Part shown: positions 43,846-55,858 of the stretch, in pieces
Numbering within the stretch: the first letter of the stretch is position 1
Layout: every line of letters begins with the position of its first letter
Assembly: GCA_000091205.1 (NCBI GenBank)
Contig: AP006488.2
Origin: Cyanidioschyzon merolae
Lineage: Eukaryota
Reading direction: 5' to 3' (one strand)
Length of the DNA: 64,000 nt
Notes under the pieces: model-generated
Database searches by the model: none
What the model was told of the DNA's origin: nothing
The model's input: the letters and a program-made list of their open reading frames with translations, nothing else
Program-made: the position numbers and the translations under genes

Positions 43846-45618
43846 ACCACCAAGTCTGAGTTGCGCGAAAAGAAACGACGATTCTCAATGATGGCGTTAT
43901 CCGGGCGTCGCAGGCGATTCATCAGGAAACTGCACTGGTTGCGGGCGACGAGGCGGCGGCGCCACAGACCGAGGTGCGATGAAAATGGAACACTGACCTG
44001 TTCGCTTTGTTCTTGTGTTGCGCTTTTTCCCCGAACCTTTTTTATGAAGGTATACAAAGGCCACGTTGTAAGTAGAGCGATACGGGCTTACGGATTCATA
44101 CATTGTTTTGGGATTCTCGGTCGCCAGTTTGTACCGGCTGCTTTGACGATTTACTGTTGGAGTTCGTTACGTCATTGTTATCAGGATGATTCGTGATGCC
44201 CTTGAACACGGGTTCGTACCATACCCGATACCATTATCGAAGACCCGGATCGCAGACACTACGCTTCTCGTTTTCTTTCAGGATGCTTGCTCGTATCTGG
44301 CATTTATGAAGCGTTCTATTTTTCCCATTTCATTGCATCGAATGGGCACAGCATTTTTCTTCGCTGGATTGACCAGGTAGATGAACCCGACGTCGTCCGT
44401 TGACAAGTTGCTCACGAGCTCATGCCGAATGTTCACTGAACTTGTGATAACGAACAATCGATTCGCTGCGAAATACAATTCTTCTTGGCATTGTTTCTAT
44501 CAACGAAACGGGATTCGATACCAGCATGATACTTGTCACGGAATGTGCTTCCAGAGGCTTCCTCTCCGCTCTATCTGCATAAAAACGTGCTTTGGACTCG
44601 GAATTCTGTTATTGCAGCGATCGCTGCGAGAAGCGGTAGTGTCAACGCTCTGCACGAACGGGAGCATCGACGGATCGAAATCTCTCGACTTGTTCTCCAG
44701 TCGGGATTCTAATTCCGATACATGTTTCATCACTGGACGACATTATGCTCCTCATATCCTCCGTTGAATGGGATGGCGTGCACCTGCGAGCACCGCGGAT
44801 GACCTGCTTGTCGAAGGGATCAATAAGATGCAGCTGGTGATCAGAGGATGCTGCATCGGGCAGCGGACACGGTATAGGGCATCGAGATTGGCCTTCTGGA
44901 TCGATCACGAGCGTAGACCTGGCGATAAAGTGGGCCATCACGCGCCACAGGGAGGCGCTCCAAGGAAAAAGTAAGGTTTTTAGAGGAGATCACCTAATAA
45001 AAATCCAGTGTCACCGCTGCAATGGGCGCACCGAATCTGTATGCAAACCATGAAATAAGAATTGCGATTGAAGCGTAGATCGCAATTTCTGTCTGCACAT
45101 GAGACATGTCGACAGCTGCCAGAAGCGGCGATATCGGGACCTGCACGCTGCCGGGAACATTGCCCGCCAGCTGGGAACGGAACAGATGGGGAACGAGGGA
45201 CAGGCACACTTAAAAGCCGGAGATATGATGGATAACGAGGATGCTGTCGCAGGTAGACGCCTTAAAAGCTGATAGTGATGACAGCGGGAACGAAGTCAAA
45301 CTTTAGCATGGACGTTCGTGCACGAAGACCCGTTCCTTTCTATTCTGACATGGGCTTCGTACAGGCATTCTACGCACATCCATTCGCAAAAACGCCTTGC
45401 ATTTCTGGAATAGCTCACCGATATGTCTCAACAGCTGTGAAGCTTGGGAGCAGCCCAACACTAGGATACGCTGTGCATTCGCTCTGACCTCTTACCGAAA
45501 AGATACCACTTTCAAGTACCCCCATTCATACACGCTTTAAGAACTGCGCAAAGGAACCGACCAGTGCATGCCGCACTCAACCGGAGCACTCGGGCGCCGC
45601 TCGTAAAGTTGCAGCGTT

Positions 45619-47874
45619 TCAAAACTGACTGATATCTCGCCCGAAAATAGCCGCTTTGATCCAGTCAAACGTAATCAAGATCCGATTGCGCATACTGACC
45701 TGCTTCACTGCATAGACAGAGCGCCATATCAGATAGGTCAGCGTTCCGCTCAGTTTCACCGAGGTGTCGCCCATTTCTATCTGGGCCATTGCACGCTCGC
45801 GACCGATGTAGGCAAGAAGACCGAACGAAAGGAACTGGAACGGCTTCGCAAAGCGAGCCCGATCGATCCAGGTGCGCGTGTACTCGGTGCGTTCCGGGAT
45901 GTCGCAATCAAGACAATACTCGCGGTTCAAGAGACGGGCGAGATACGCGCCCTGCTGGCCGGCGACCTGGGCAGTTGCAGGCAAGGGTTCGTGCAGGTTC
46001 GTTGCACAGTCGCCGGCGGCGAACACGCCTTCGGCACCAATCACGCGGAGCCAATCATCGACAACAAGTTGGCGCTTCTTAAAGGTCGTCTGGGCGGGAA
46101 TCGACTCGATGAGATCCGTCACGAGTTTCTGAGGACCGACCCCCGCGGCCCACACACACATGCCATAGGGTATCACTGCACCATCCTGCAGATAAATCTC
46201 GGTCTCGGTGATGCGAACGACTCGACTGCCAGTCCGAACGTTGATCTCCGCGTCGCGCAGGTTCTGCAAAGCCCGATCTTGCAGGGACTTGTCGAACTGT
46301 GTCAAGATACTTTGCCCGGATTGCAACAAAGTGACCTGTACATATTTCAGCAGCTTCTTGTAATACTTCACAGCATCCTCTACGAGAAAATCATGCAGTT
46401 CACCAGCGAATTCGACGCCGGTTGGACCACCGCCAACCACTACGAAGTGCAGTAAGCGACTGCGCTCCTCGTCGGAGGTCTCGGGTAGATTCGCCTCTTC
46501 GAAGATGCGCACGACCTCAGACCGGATTTTCCGCGCGTCTGGGATTTCTTTCAAAAAGAAACAGTTCTCCTTGGCACCCGGGGTGTTAAACGTGTTCACC
46601 GCGGAACCTACGCCGACCACGCAGTAGGTGTACGGCACTTCGAACTCGCGTATGCCGATGATTTCATCAGTATTGCTTTTCGTCGAAAATCGCGGTTGCA
46701 ATGCGTGGACATCTTGGCTTGTTTCCGCCAGAGACGGTGCACCGACGTCGCTTTCAGAGCCCACGGAGAGCGCGCCCCGACGCCGGACTTTGGCCCGACA
46801 TTTCACCACCCGCCTTTGGATATCGACCCCGACCGCCTCTGCTTCATAGTAGATGATGAAAGGATTCGCCCGGAGTATCGGTTCGCAGCACGAACGAAAC
46901 TCCACAATGCCCAGTGCTGACGACGGCAGCATAGGTTGGAAGAGGAAGTAGTTCCGGGGCGAGATGACGATTACCTCGTACTTATCGATGTCGATGATTT
47001 TCACCATCGCGTGACCAACCCAGCCGGTTCCCAAGATCACCAAGCGCGGCTTGGGCCGACCGCTCGAACTCAGAAACTCACCCTGCCAGAAAAACTGACG
47101 CCTAAGATGCAGCAGAGCGTCCTCAAAGGTATCGAGGGTGCGGTCCCAGACCAGACCAAGGTAGGTGCGCCGGCGCCCTCGCGTCTCGACCGGAGGCGGG
47201 GGAGATGGCGGCGCGGGACTCTCTTTTCCATCACCAGGTTTAAGAGGTTGTGTATCCGGCTGCACTGCTGGCTTCTCGTCGGTTTTCACCAAACGTTCGC
47301 CTTCACACAGACGTAGCCCGCGGAGCTTGTGCGTGCGCTGCACCACGCGAGCGCTCCTCTGGGGCCGGAAGTTAGGCGTGTTTGGTTTTCTCGAAACAAG
47401 CGGTACCTGTCTCTGTCGACCAAGTGCATGAACGGAACTGACAAAACCCGTAATCAGGTATCCCTCATCCATATCTGAACACGATGCGCCATACAACAAC
47501 GGCATGCAAACTGCAAGCTGCAACAACAACAGACGCGCGCTTGTGCATGCACGATGCCCGCATCGCGATCGCGTCATCCATCGATCGATCGATCGATGGA
47601 TGCACGGATCGCACTGGGCGCGGCGGCGCTTTGGTGTCGATGCGAGGCCTTCGGCGGCGCTACGCTCTATATGCCGAATCGACGCTCTGGATCTGGAGAG
47701 CATCCACGGTCTGCGAATGCGACGCCCCGCGGATGCATGAACGATATCCTGGTCGCTGGGGGAGCGATCTTTGCTGCTTTTGTTTTTCTGGAGAAACCGT
47801 GCGATATCGTTGCGGAATGTGTTGATCTCAGTCATTGGATTGACTTCAAAAGAACAGCGACGAGGTTTACACAT
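45619..47874 (-). CDS. Type II NAD(P)H dehydrogenase (NDH-2, alternative NADH:quinone oxidoreductase); true start probably well downstream of 47874
   Basis: First dinucleotide fold PRLVILGTGWVGH, second fold LLHFVVVGGGPTGVEFAGELHDF, quinone-site GVFAAGDCA, and a C-terminal membrane-anchor helix. The ~270-codon N-terminal extension contains a (ATCG)n palindromic microsatellite and the Pro-rich tract PAPPSPPPPVETRGRRR, so part of it is probably UTR or presequence. Confidence 0.85.
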   Translation of the reverse strand: MCKPRRCSFEVNPMTEINTFRNDIARFLQKNKSSKDRSPSDQDIVHASAGRRIRRPWMLSRSRASIRHIERSAAEGLASTPKRRRAQCDPCIHRSIDRWMTRSRCGHRACTSARLLLLQLAVCMPLLYGASCSDMDEGYLITGFVSSVHALGRQRQVPLVSRKPNTPNFRPQRSARVVQRTHKLRGLRLCEGERLVKTDEKPAVQPDTQPLKPGDGKESPAPPSPPPPVETRGRRRTYLGLVWDRTLDTFEDALLHLRRQFFWQGEFLSSSGRPKPRLVILGTGWVGHAMVKIIDIDKYEVIVISPRNYFLFQPMLPSSALGIVEFRSCCEPILRANPFIIYYEAEAVGVDIQRRVVKCRAKVRRRGALSVGSESDVGAPSLAETSQDVHALQPRFSTKSNTDEIIGIREFEVPYTYCVVGVGSAVNTFNTPGAKENCFFLKEIPDARKIRSEVVRIFEEANLPETSDEERSRLLHFVVVGGGPTGVEFAGELHDFLVEDAVKYYKKLLKYVQVTLLQSGQSILTQFDKSLQDRALQNLRDAEINVRTGSRVVRITETEIYLQDGAVIPYGMCVWAAGVGPQKLVTDLIESIPAQTTFKKRQLVVDDWLRVIGAEGVFAAGDCATNLHEPLPATAQVAGQQGAYLARLLNREYCLDCDIPERTEYTRTWIDRARFAKPFQFLSFGLLAYIGRERAMAQIEMGDTSVKLSGTLTYLIWRSVYAVKQVSMRNRILITFDWIKAAIFGRDISQF

Positions 47875-49106
47875 TGGTTACTGGTTACGTATGCGGACGG
47901 CGGTGAGACCAGCTTGATTCGTTGGTTGACACAGTTTCAGGAAGAGAGAGTGCTCTGGGTATCCCGTCTGGACAGGTGCCAGAGGCATCGCATGCCGAAT
48001 CACAAGCATATATGAGGCCATCTGTCGTCGTCAACCGTGACCTCTGTGTAAAGACAATGTCATGGTGTGTGTAAGATGCTTCCGGATGGCGCACATCCGA
48101 CAACTGGGACCTCAGTTCTGGTACGAGGTACGCTGACGGGCTCGGATGCACATCCCAGCGAGGCGCTATTGCGAACGCGCAGGTTTCCTGGGAAACAAAA
48201 CAGCGCGTCGGCGGGATCGGCTGTGCAGTCTCTGGCAGGCTGTCCGCCGAGCGCTGTTCGCGATCGTGCCTTGCTGCATGCATTCCGAGCGTGCGAGACG
48301 AAGCGCTTCTTGAACGTTTCCTCTTCGTCAAGCGGGGTGGCGTTTTACGATACGCACTTCGAGCGCGGCAAATGAAACGCTTCTGGAACGTTTCCCATTT
48401 GCTCGATGAATATCCGCTGGTCTTTCTTGTGGCACTCTCGATATCGCAGCGGCTACGACAGCTCGTGATACCAGAGCGTGCACGCTCTGGAGCTCTTTCG
48501 TCTTGTACTTGACTTCATATCACCGCGAATCCTCTGCACACGCATCCAGCGATAACGCGCACACACACAAACAGACATGAAAATTTTTGAATGTAACAGC
48601 GATCGACGATCTCCGGGACAACTAGGAACCGCCAGTGATCAAGAAAAAGGCAACGTTGTAGCATCGTATTCCGAAATCCAAGCGTCAAGAACGAAAAAAA
48701 GAATCAACGATGTCTTGGCTCTGTGAAGCTACGCGAGCGCGAAATGCATCAACGACACTCTGGCGCTTTCGATGTGTAAACACAAGCGCATCGAAGCCGC
48801 AACCAACGCGGTATCGCGCAGCCAGATGCCGCCTCAACAATGCATATACGCTCTATCATGAACGTATTTCTTTTCGCACTTTGTACGCAGCGCGCTGTTT
48901 TCGACGGTCTTGTCAGCGTCAGGGCCCCGAAAACTTTCCAGTAAGCGCAATGGTGCTCGAGTCAGATCCGCTGAGGAACGATAGTTCGCACGCATATGTA
49001 TGGTGTTGGCGAATACCCCTTACGCACGTCGTGCATGCACTGCCAAGACCCCGTTGCTTCGACTACAATACCGGTACTGGTGCGCTCCCCGAGCGTTCGC
49101 GACGTG

Positions 49107-50489
49107 TTACCAGCGGCGCTCGTATTCGAACTGCGGTGCGGGTTCCTCCTGATCCGCGAAAAGTCGCCTGACGTTCATCACCCGCAGATCGTCAAAGTCT
49201 TCAACGGTCAAGTCGGCCAATCGTAGGTCAAATGCGGGAAAGAGGCCAACCAAGCCGATAGCTTTGCTGAACACCTCGTGTGCAGCTAGGATACCCTTCG
49301 GCGTATCTTCGTACACAACACATTTCTGAGGCGCTCGCTGCATCTTCACACACGCGACAAGAAGGAATTGGATTGCGGTCTCCACTTCGGATTCGGCGGT
49401 GATTCGCTCCTTGAAAAAGTCGGCGACACCCATGTCGGTCAGCGCCTTTTCGACGCTTACGCGATCCAACCGACTGTAAACCGCACACGGCATGTCGTAC
49501 CTTTGGAGCAACTCGAGCCATCGCAAAAGTCCTCGCGTCGGTCGATGCTGCTCAGCTAGAAAGCGCTCCCTGTAGATTTCCTGCTGTCGATAAACGATGC
49601 TAAGTACCTCGCGCCAGCTGTCGGTCCATCGCAGAACTCCTTGCACAATCCGCTCCGGGCGAAGATGGTAGGTTTGCTGCACAATATCCTCATCAGGTGG
49701 CTCTTTGTCGAGCTCCTCCGCCAGCTGTTTCCATGACGCATACTCAATTGCATGCGCATTCGCACTGAGAACGCCCTCTAATTTGAAAATGTTCGCAAAT
49801 GCTTCCTCGGGTTGAAGTATAACTCGCAGCCGTTGCCAGTAGTCAGGTCGGAATCGTTCATTAAGGTCATAGGCATCGAAAAAAACTTCCTCACTACCAC
49901 GCATAGCGCTCAGCGACTTGCGCTGTGCTTGTGACTTCCAGGTCTCGTAGCGCTCGGTGATATCGGCGAGTAGCTCCTGCTCGGCATCGAGCTCCTCGTC
50001 GTCGTCGTCGTCAACCTCGTCGACTTCCAGGTCGGCATCGTCACCGTCCGCCTCGTCTGCGCTGTCTCTGTTGCGGAACCGACGCTCTCTCGCTCTCGGC
50101 GACGACGACGACGACGACGACGAACCTGAGTCGGAAGCGCGCCGTCGAGGCATCGTCTTCGCCTCAGAGGCGTCCGGATCGTTCTCGGGGGCTGGCGTCG
50201 CTGCTCGGAGCTGCAGCGGCGCCAGTGGCGAGGCACTGACCCGTAAGCGTCTTGCGCTTCGCGTTGAGAGCTTATGGAAACCCAAGTGGCACCGGTGGCT
50301 GCCCCAGCGAGCCTCTGGTGCCAGTTGTTGACGCGGTGCGCTCGCAACCCCGAGCCGCCTCGACTGCAACTGCAAAGTCCTGCACCGGCGAGCGCTCGCT
50401 GTGACCTGCTCCCGCGTCGCTACCGAACACGCCCAGGTGTGGAAGACGAATGCCTGTCCGCTTCGTTCTCTTTGTTTCGTGTCAAGCAT
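49107..50489 (-). CDS. HAD-superfamily (CbbY-like) domain protein with acidic/Ser-rich N-terminal region
   Basis: The C-terminal half aligns to CbbY-type HAD motifs II/III (...DMPCAVYSRLDR..., ...KCVVYEDTPKGILAAHEVFSKAIGLVG). Motif I (DxDG) is not evident, so it may be a pseudo-hydrolase. (GAC)n/(GTC)n repeats encode poly-D and poly-S tracts. Confidence 0.55.
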   Translation of the reverse strand: MLDTKQRERSGQAFVFHTWACSVATREQVTASARRCRTLQLQSRRLGVASAPRQQLAPEARWGSHRCHLGFHKLSTRSARRLRVSASPLAPLQLRAATPAPENDPDASEAKTMPRRRASDSGSSSSSSSSPRARERRFRNRDSADEADGDDADLEVDEVDDDDDEELDAEQELLADITERYETWKSQAQRKSLSAMRGSEEVFFDAYDLNERFRPDYWQRLRVILQPEEAFANIFKLEGVLSANAHAIEYASWKQLAEELDKEPPDEDIVQQTYHLRPERIVQGVLRWTDSWREVLSIVYRQQEIYRERFLAEQHRPTRGLLRWLELLQRYDMPCAVYSRLDRVSVEKALTDMGVADFFKERITAESEVETAIQFLLVACVKMQRAPQKCVVYEDTPKGILAAHEVFSKAIGLVGLFPAFDLRLADLTVEDFDDLRVMNVRRLFADQEEPAPQFEYERRW

Positions 50490-51822
50490 TTTCCGCTAAG
50501 CTGCAACTTGAACGCTCAGTAAGCACCGAAGCAACGTGATTGGTATCAGGAGGCGATCGGTTGAGATTCGAATCGAAGCCGTCCGTTGACGAGAGCGTCG
50601 CAGCGCTGTAGCACAGCAATTTTTTTCGATGTCATATCGTTTACATAGACCATGGATCCCAGATTGCGAGGTGGATAATGGTAATTGCAAAAGCGTCCAT
50701 CACGCTGCTACAGCCTACCTCCAAGTTCCATTAAATATACTTCCGTTGGGATAAACTGGTCGCTTTGTACGTTGTATCGCACACCTAATGCCTGCCCTCA
50801 GCGTCCGCAGTAGCGCCTGTACCTTTGGTACAGGTGCATCACGAAGACAGGACGGCTTTTCTATACCGCAAAGAACATTGGCTCGAGGCGTGGTGCACCC
50901 GATGTAGAGTCGGGTCTCGTCGTCAGTTTGTGCTTGGACAGTCTGCGGATGCAGGCTTGCCTTCGCTGCACGACACGCTGGAGAAACTTGGCTGTTTGGA
51001 TGAATCCTGGGAGCGGCCTCCCTCCTTCGTGATCATGCATGGAATGCGTTGTTGTCGGTTGGCAATGCGGGTTTGTGCTTGACACCCACCACAGTGGGTA
51101 ACTGCAGAGAGCGCGCTGAACCCGTGTGCGTATCCGATTCTCTGGAGCTTCCGCCCAGAAAGTAGAAAGGCAGCAGATGCTACAGTTAGCGTACGCGAGT
51201 GTGCGGATTCGTTCGGCGGTGGGTCAGTTACTCAGTTCCCGATAAGTCAGGATAGTGCAGCATGCACTCGGGTTGCTGCCTCGAAAGCTCCACATCATTG
51301 ACGCCCCACGCATCGACTTGTGGAGGACAACGGTCCACAAGAGCATCCGTTTTCCACAAGGCGGCCAAGGGATTCTACGAGGCCCCACTCCGATGCTGCT
51401 GCTGGCTTGTACATGCCCATGCGATGCTGCTGGTTGCAGATGCGCTATGCGCCGTACCTGGCGCTCTCTGATCAGCGCCCGAGTCTCACAAGTCGTGCAC
51501 AGCAACGTCGGCTCGCTACGCTCTGCTTGTCTCTACTGCAGCGGTTCCTGGCGACACCTCGCATTGGGCGCTCTCGGAGACCAACTTGCGATCCACGCTA
51601 CCAGAAGCGTACGAAGAGTAAGCGTCTCCGCACGCGATGCGCGAAGGATCTCACTGGCCCTCGTCGCGCTTGTGACAGCTCCAGTGCGGCGCTATCGGTG
51701 GAACTGCTCCTCGTACAGCCCATCTCACAACCCTGAACCGATGAACGATAGAGGTGCTGCGGAGCAACCATTCCCAATGCCTCCGCACGGATTCGCGCGC
51801 TCTGCGGAGGATTCGAGTGCCT

Positions 51823-53142
51823 TTACATTCTGCCGGGCGAAGCACACTCAACATGCTCGACTGGCGGACAACACGACAGATTCACACAATTCACTTGAAT
51901 GGTAGCGTGCTCGATTCCAAAATTCTTCAAACAAACCTGTTCAGCTGCCATGGTAATCTGATGCGCGTCTTTGACACTGGCATCGCACCGCAACTTTGCA
52001 CTGAGCGCAGTACGGCCCACGGACAGGCTCCAGATGTGCAGATCCTGGACCTCTGAAACGCCATCGATCGAGATGAGCGCCTCGTACACGTCACGCACAC
52101 GGATATTGGCAGGGGTCCCTTCCATTAAAACCTGCACGATGTCACCAATCATCCGGAGAGTTGTATAGAGCACGATAACGCTAAACAGCAGCGTGCACAG
52201 CGGATCGGCCAGAGACCAGCTGGGGCGCCACCAAATCACAAGCGCTGCAATAGCGACGCCTATGCTCTGGATAAGGTCACCCAGGACATGCAGATATGCC
52301 GCGTGAACATTCACACTCTCCGAGACCGGATGCCGGTGCGACATGTCCGCCACTGAGAGCGGTGCTTCAATGTCATCCGTTGCCGTTGCTCGCATGTCGT
52401 CATGTCCCGGCTGCTGATCACGCGGGCGGTTGAGGCCGCTCTCCGATGGACCTGCTTGATCGGGTTCGATACTTTCGACATTGCCACTGCGCTGACGATG
52501 ACGATGACGACCGTGGCTGCGGTGCTCCTCGCTGGTCGACGACTCGGCTTCTGCGTTGACCTGGGCAAAATGGTCGTGATGATGGTCGTGAGCGTGTCCA
52601 TGGCCATGACCATGTCCCAAAACCGTCATCATCACTAAATTGATACAGATACCCATCACCGCAATGATGAACATGAGGCGGCCTTTAACGGGCTCTGGGG
52701 TGATGATTCGTCGGATAGATTCAAGCACCAGCACTGCTGTGAGCGTCCAGATCAACAGAATGCTCGTGAATGCCCCGAGTACCTCCGCTCGCCCATAGCC
52801 ATAGGTCAGCAACTGATTCGCTCTTCGCTGACTTTTCTGCAGCGCAACGAGCGAGATAATAAAGCTTGCAAAATCAGATAACAGGTGGCTGGCGTCCGTC
52901 ATCACCGCGAGTGAACCGGTGATGTAGCCACCAAGAAGCTCCGCAACCATGAAAGCAAAGCAGAGAACAGCGGAAAAGAGCAGCTTTCGGCGGGCGCGCT
53001 GATCCCGAGCCGCCCGTTCCTTTCGCTGCTCCCGCTGTTGTTGCCACAGCTTTTGCGCTTGTTCAGGCGCGGTGGCGTCTGACATGGGGCCTCGGGCTCG
53101 CAGCAGCGGCTGCTCCTCGCCTAGCATGCGTCGTGGGATCAC
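51823..53142 (-). CDS. Cation diffusion facilitator (CDF/ZnT/MTP-type zinc transporter) with His-rich cytoplasmic loop
   Basis: TM helices I/II LAVMTDASHLLSDFASF and helix V HAAYLHVLGDLIQSIGV carry the HxxxD metal sites. His-rich loop GHGHGHGHAHDHHHDH. C-terminal cytoplasmic domain VSEVQDLHIWSLSVG. Confidence 0.9.
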   Translation of the reverse strand: MIPRRMLGEEQPLLRARGPMSDATAPEQAQKLWQQQREQRKERAARDQRARRKLLFSAVLCFAFMVAELLGGYITGSLAVMTDASHLLSDFASFIISLVALQKSQRRANQLLTYGYGRAEVLGAFTSILLIWTLTAVLVLESIRRIITPEPVKGRLMFIIAVMGICINLVMMTVLGHGHGHGHAHDHHHDHFAQVNAEAESSTSEEHRSHGRHRHRQRSGNVESIEPDQAGPSESGLNRPRDQQPGHDDMRATATDDIEAPLSVADMSHRHPVSESVNVHAAYLHVLGDLIQSIGVAIAALVIWWRPSWSLADPLCTLLFSVIVLYTTLRMIGDIVQVLMEGTPANIRVRDVYEALISIDGVSEVQDLHIWSLSVGRTALSAKLRCDASVKDAHQITMAAEQVCLKNFGIEHATIQVNCVNLSCCPPVEHVECASPGRM

Positions 53143-54310
53143 CCAGAGCCTGGGAGAGAGCGCTCACCAAACCTCGCACAGTACCGTAGAAGACGTCAAA
53201 GCGATAGAGCCTCTCCACCGCTGTGTACGGTAACGCTTTCAAACGTGTTGCAAACGCGTGTACGTTGGGTAAGGAGCAACCCGCGCACGGCACCCAAGGT
53301 ACAGGTTCCAGGTGCAGTAGCAGCAGCTGCTGCTGGTGTTGCGAGACTGTCGTCTCGCGTACTGCGTAGCCGGCACACTGCGCGTCGTGCTGGCGTCGCG
53401 AACGTTCCCAAACGAAGCACGGCATATTGGTAGACGTTTTGCGCATCATTTGTCGTTTATGGTATTGCTATGGTGTCGTGACGTCGATGGGCAAGCCAAG
53501 ACGTTCACGATGAACGAGATAGCTGGCTAGATTGGATCCTGCACAGGTCATTGAATGCGAAGCCCAGGGGTATGCCCTGCGTACCGTCACCGGGATCTTG
53601 AAGGCGACTCGGGGATCGCCTGCAACGACTGTGTCAAAGACGCAAACGCTATCCGTAAATATGGTGAGCATGCGCAGCATACGCTATGCCTCATGGTCTA
53701 GAATCGATTCGATACTGAGCGAATGCAGCAGGATGGTCGAGTACCAACGTTCGTCTGGCAGCCTGCGATCGCTCCAACGTTGTGCGAGCACCTGCTGTGA
53801 GCGTCTCGTAGCGACATTCCGTCCGTAGATGCGCACAGCAGCGACAGCAACAGCAATCGTGCTGCAGTATTTGCGAGTCGCTTGCTATTGATATCGGAAA
53901 CTCACCGTCAGGCGTGCGAAAGATAGCGCGGCATCCGCTCATATTCCGCAGCAAGGCGCTGCAGCAGATATCGCTGTGCTTCCCGGCCTGCGGATGATCG
54001 CTTACCAGGTGCCGATACCGCTGCAGATGCGCGCTCTCGACTCGATGGATGGCAGGTTCGGGTACCAACATCTTGGGTAATGTTTTGCATGGTGTCTGCG
54101 TGCGGAGGTGGATGCTAATGGTTAGCGCTGGTTGCATCCATTCGAGGCAGATGGCGAACAGCTCATGCGACGCAGTATCACCGAGCGAGAAAGCGTCGCT
54201 TGATCACGAACTGGAGCACTGCTTCGCGCGTGTTGCCTACTGCTTTCTCGTACGGTTGCGATACGCGGAGTCTATCTACCGTCAGTGAGACGCATTCCAA
54301 GTCCTGATGT

Positions 54311-55051
54311 GTGCTGAGCCTCAGGGGCAATGGCTACATGGTCTCCGACAGTAGCTGCCCACGTGTAGAGAAAGCTCAGTTTCCATGCCGCATTGAACTG
54401 GCATGCAGAGATATGCTTGTGGCGCTGCACAATGTTCATGACCCGTCAAAATACTCCTTTGTCCCACGTTCATGCATGGTGAACGCTTGCTTTCTCATTA
54501 CATGGCTTCAGATTCGTTTCAGCAGCGATACGCCGGAAACGCGCTCTATCCACATACGATACGGGATTTGTCCGCAGCACGTACCGCGTGATCACCTCTT
54601 ATCGAGGCATCGCTGCGATGCGCATTGGCTGAACACAAACGAGAACGATGAAGGGATTGCCTGGAAGGAAGCTCTCAACAAAAATAGTCGCTGGCGGCAA
54701 GTTTGCATCAGAAGGCAAGCTCGTATAAGCTTCTGGTTACGCCTGACTCAGAAGGAAGTATGTGCAGAAGCACCGCCTGCAGGCATGCAGCGATTTCGTC
54801 AACAACGACCTCGACCATGCGATTCGCATACGTCCGGTGTCGAGCACGTGCTACAGGCGGCGCTTGTCTCGAGTGCTCATCTGTATCCTTCGTCTCGCAT
54901 CGACTTGAGTGCCATTGAAAACCGCAAGGGCAGTTTGCATGCTATACTCGCGATTCACGTGCTGACAAATAGACTGGTAACCAGGGCCGCTGTCGTTTCG
55001 ACGCATAACGTGCAGCACTCGCCACCAACTTGCAGGAACACAGACTCCTAA
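54311..55051 (+). CDS. Hypothetical ORF (weak)
   Basis: 246-aa ORF with no recognisable domain. Confidence 0.15.
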   Translation: MLSLRGNGYMVSDSSCPRVEKAQFPCRIELACRDMLVALHNVHDPSKYSFVPRSCMVNACFLITWLQIRFSSDTPETRSIHIRYGICPQHVPRDHLLSRHRCDAHWLNTNENDEGIAWKEALNKNSRWRQVCIRRQARISFWLRLTQKEVCAEAPPAGMQRFRQQRPRPCDSHTSGVEHVLQAALVSSAHLYPSSRIDLSAIENRKGSLHAILAIHVLTNRLVTRAAVVSTHNVQHSPPTCRNTDS

Positions 55052-55858
55052 ATCGGCTTACACCGTTTAGAATTATTATATGTGGTGCAAGCGACCCATA
55101 TGCAGCCGCAGGGACGTGTACGCTGCGCCACTTGCCCTGCGACGCGTGAAATGCGGCGCTAGCGACCGATGTGCAAACAAGTAAACTCGTAACCTAGGCC
55201 GATGCCACCCCGAAGTGTTCGGTACTCGACGGTGGTGTGGCAGGTCACCAATGCCGCTGCCGCTGCCGCTGCCTGCACAGCTCCCCTGACCATGAAGGCG
55301 CTTTGCAAGCGTTAGAAGCAGGAAGCGTCTATCCAGAAATCAGATATGTACGCGCTGTAGCAAACAGGTTCATGCACGATTCGGGGATTGTGCAGTGCAC
55401 CAGGCGCTCCGCTTACGAGCGCGGATGCAGCCACCACAGCGTTCAACACTGTATTCGAAGCAGCTGCTGATCAGACAGCATGTGCGACACCGCGAGATTC
55501 TTGTCAAAGACGCGTACATGAGAGGAAATCCCCGCTCAACCTATAGATTATCTTTCAGCTACGCAGATACAATGAGAGCACTTCCACAATGCTCCAGATG
55601 GATCAGCTCATGCAAGTCTTCGATTCTGTCGCTGACCAGAGCGAGAGCTGTGCTCTGGAGGCTGGCTCCGTACCTAGGAATGACACGAGTACGGCGATGC
55701 GAGAGCTCCAGGTAAGCGTCAAACATCAGGAACAAATTCACCAGTGGTGACGTGCAGCGTTTAAATACACTTCGCGCGTGAAAAGTTGCGCCTTAGCGCG
55801 ACGCAGAGCGGCGTCACCGCAGCCCAGGGCGTCACCAGTGCCTCCGCAGCGCCAGTCG

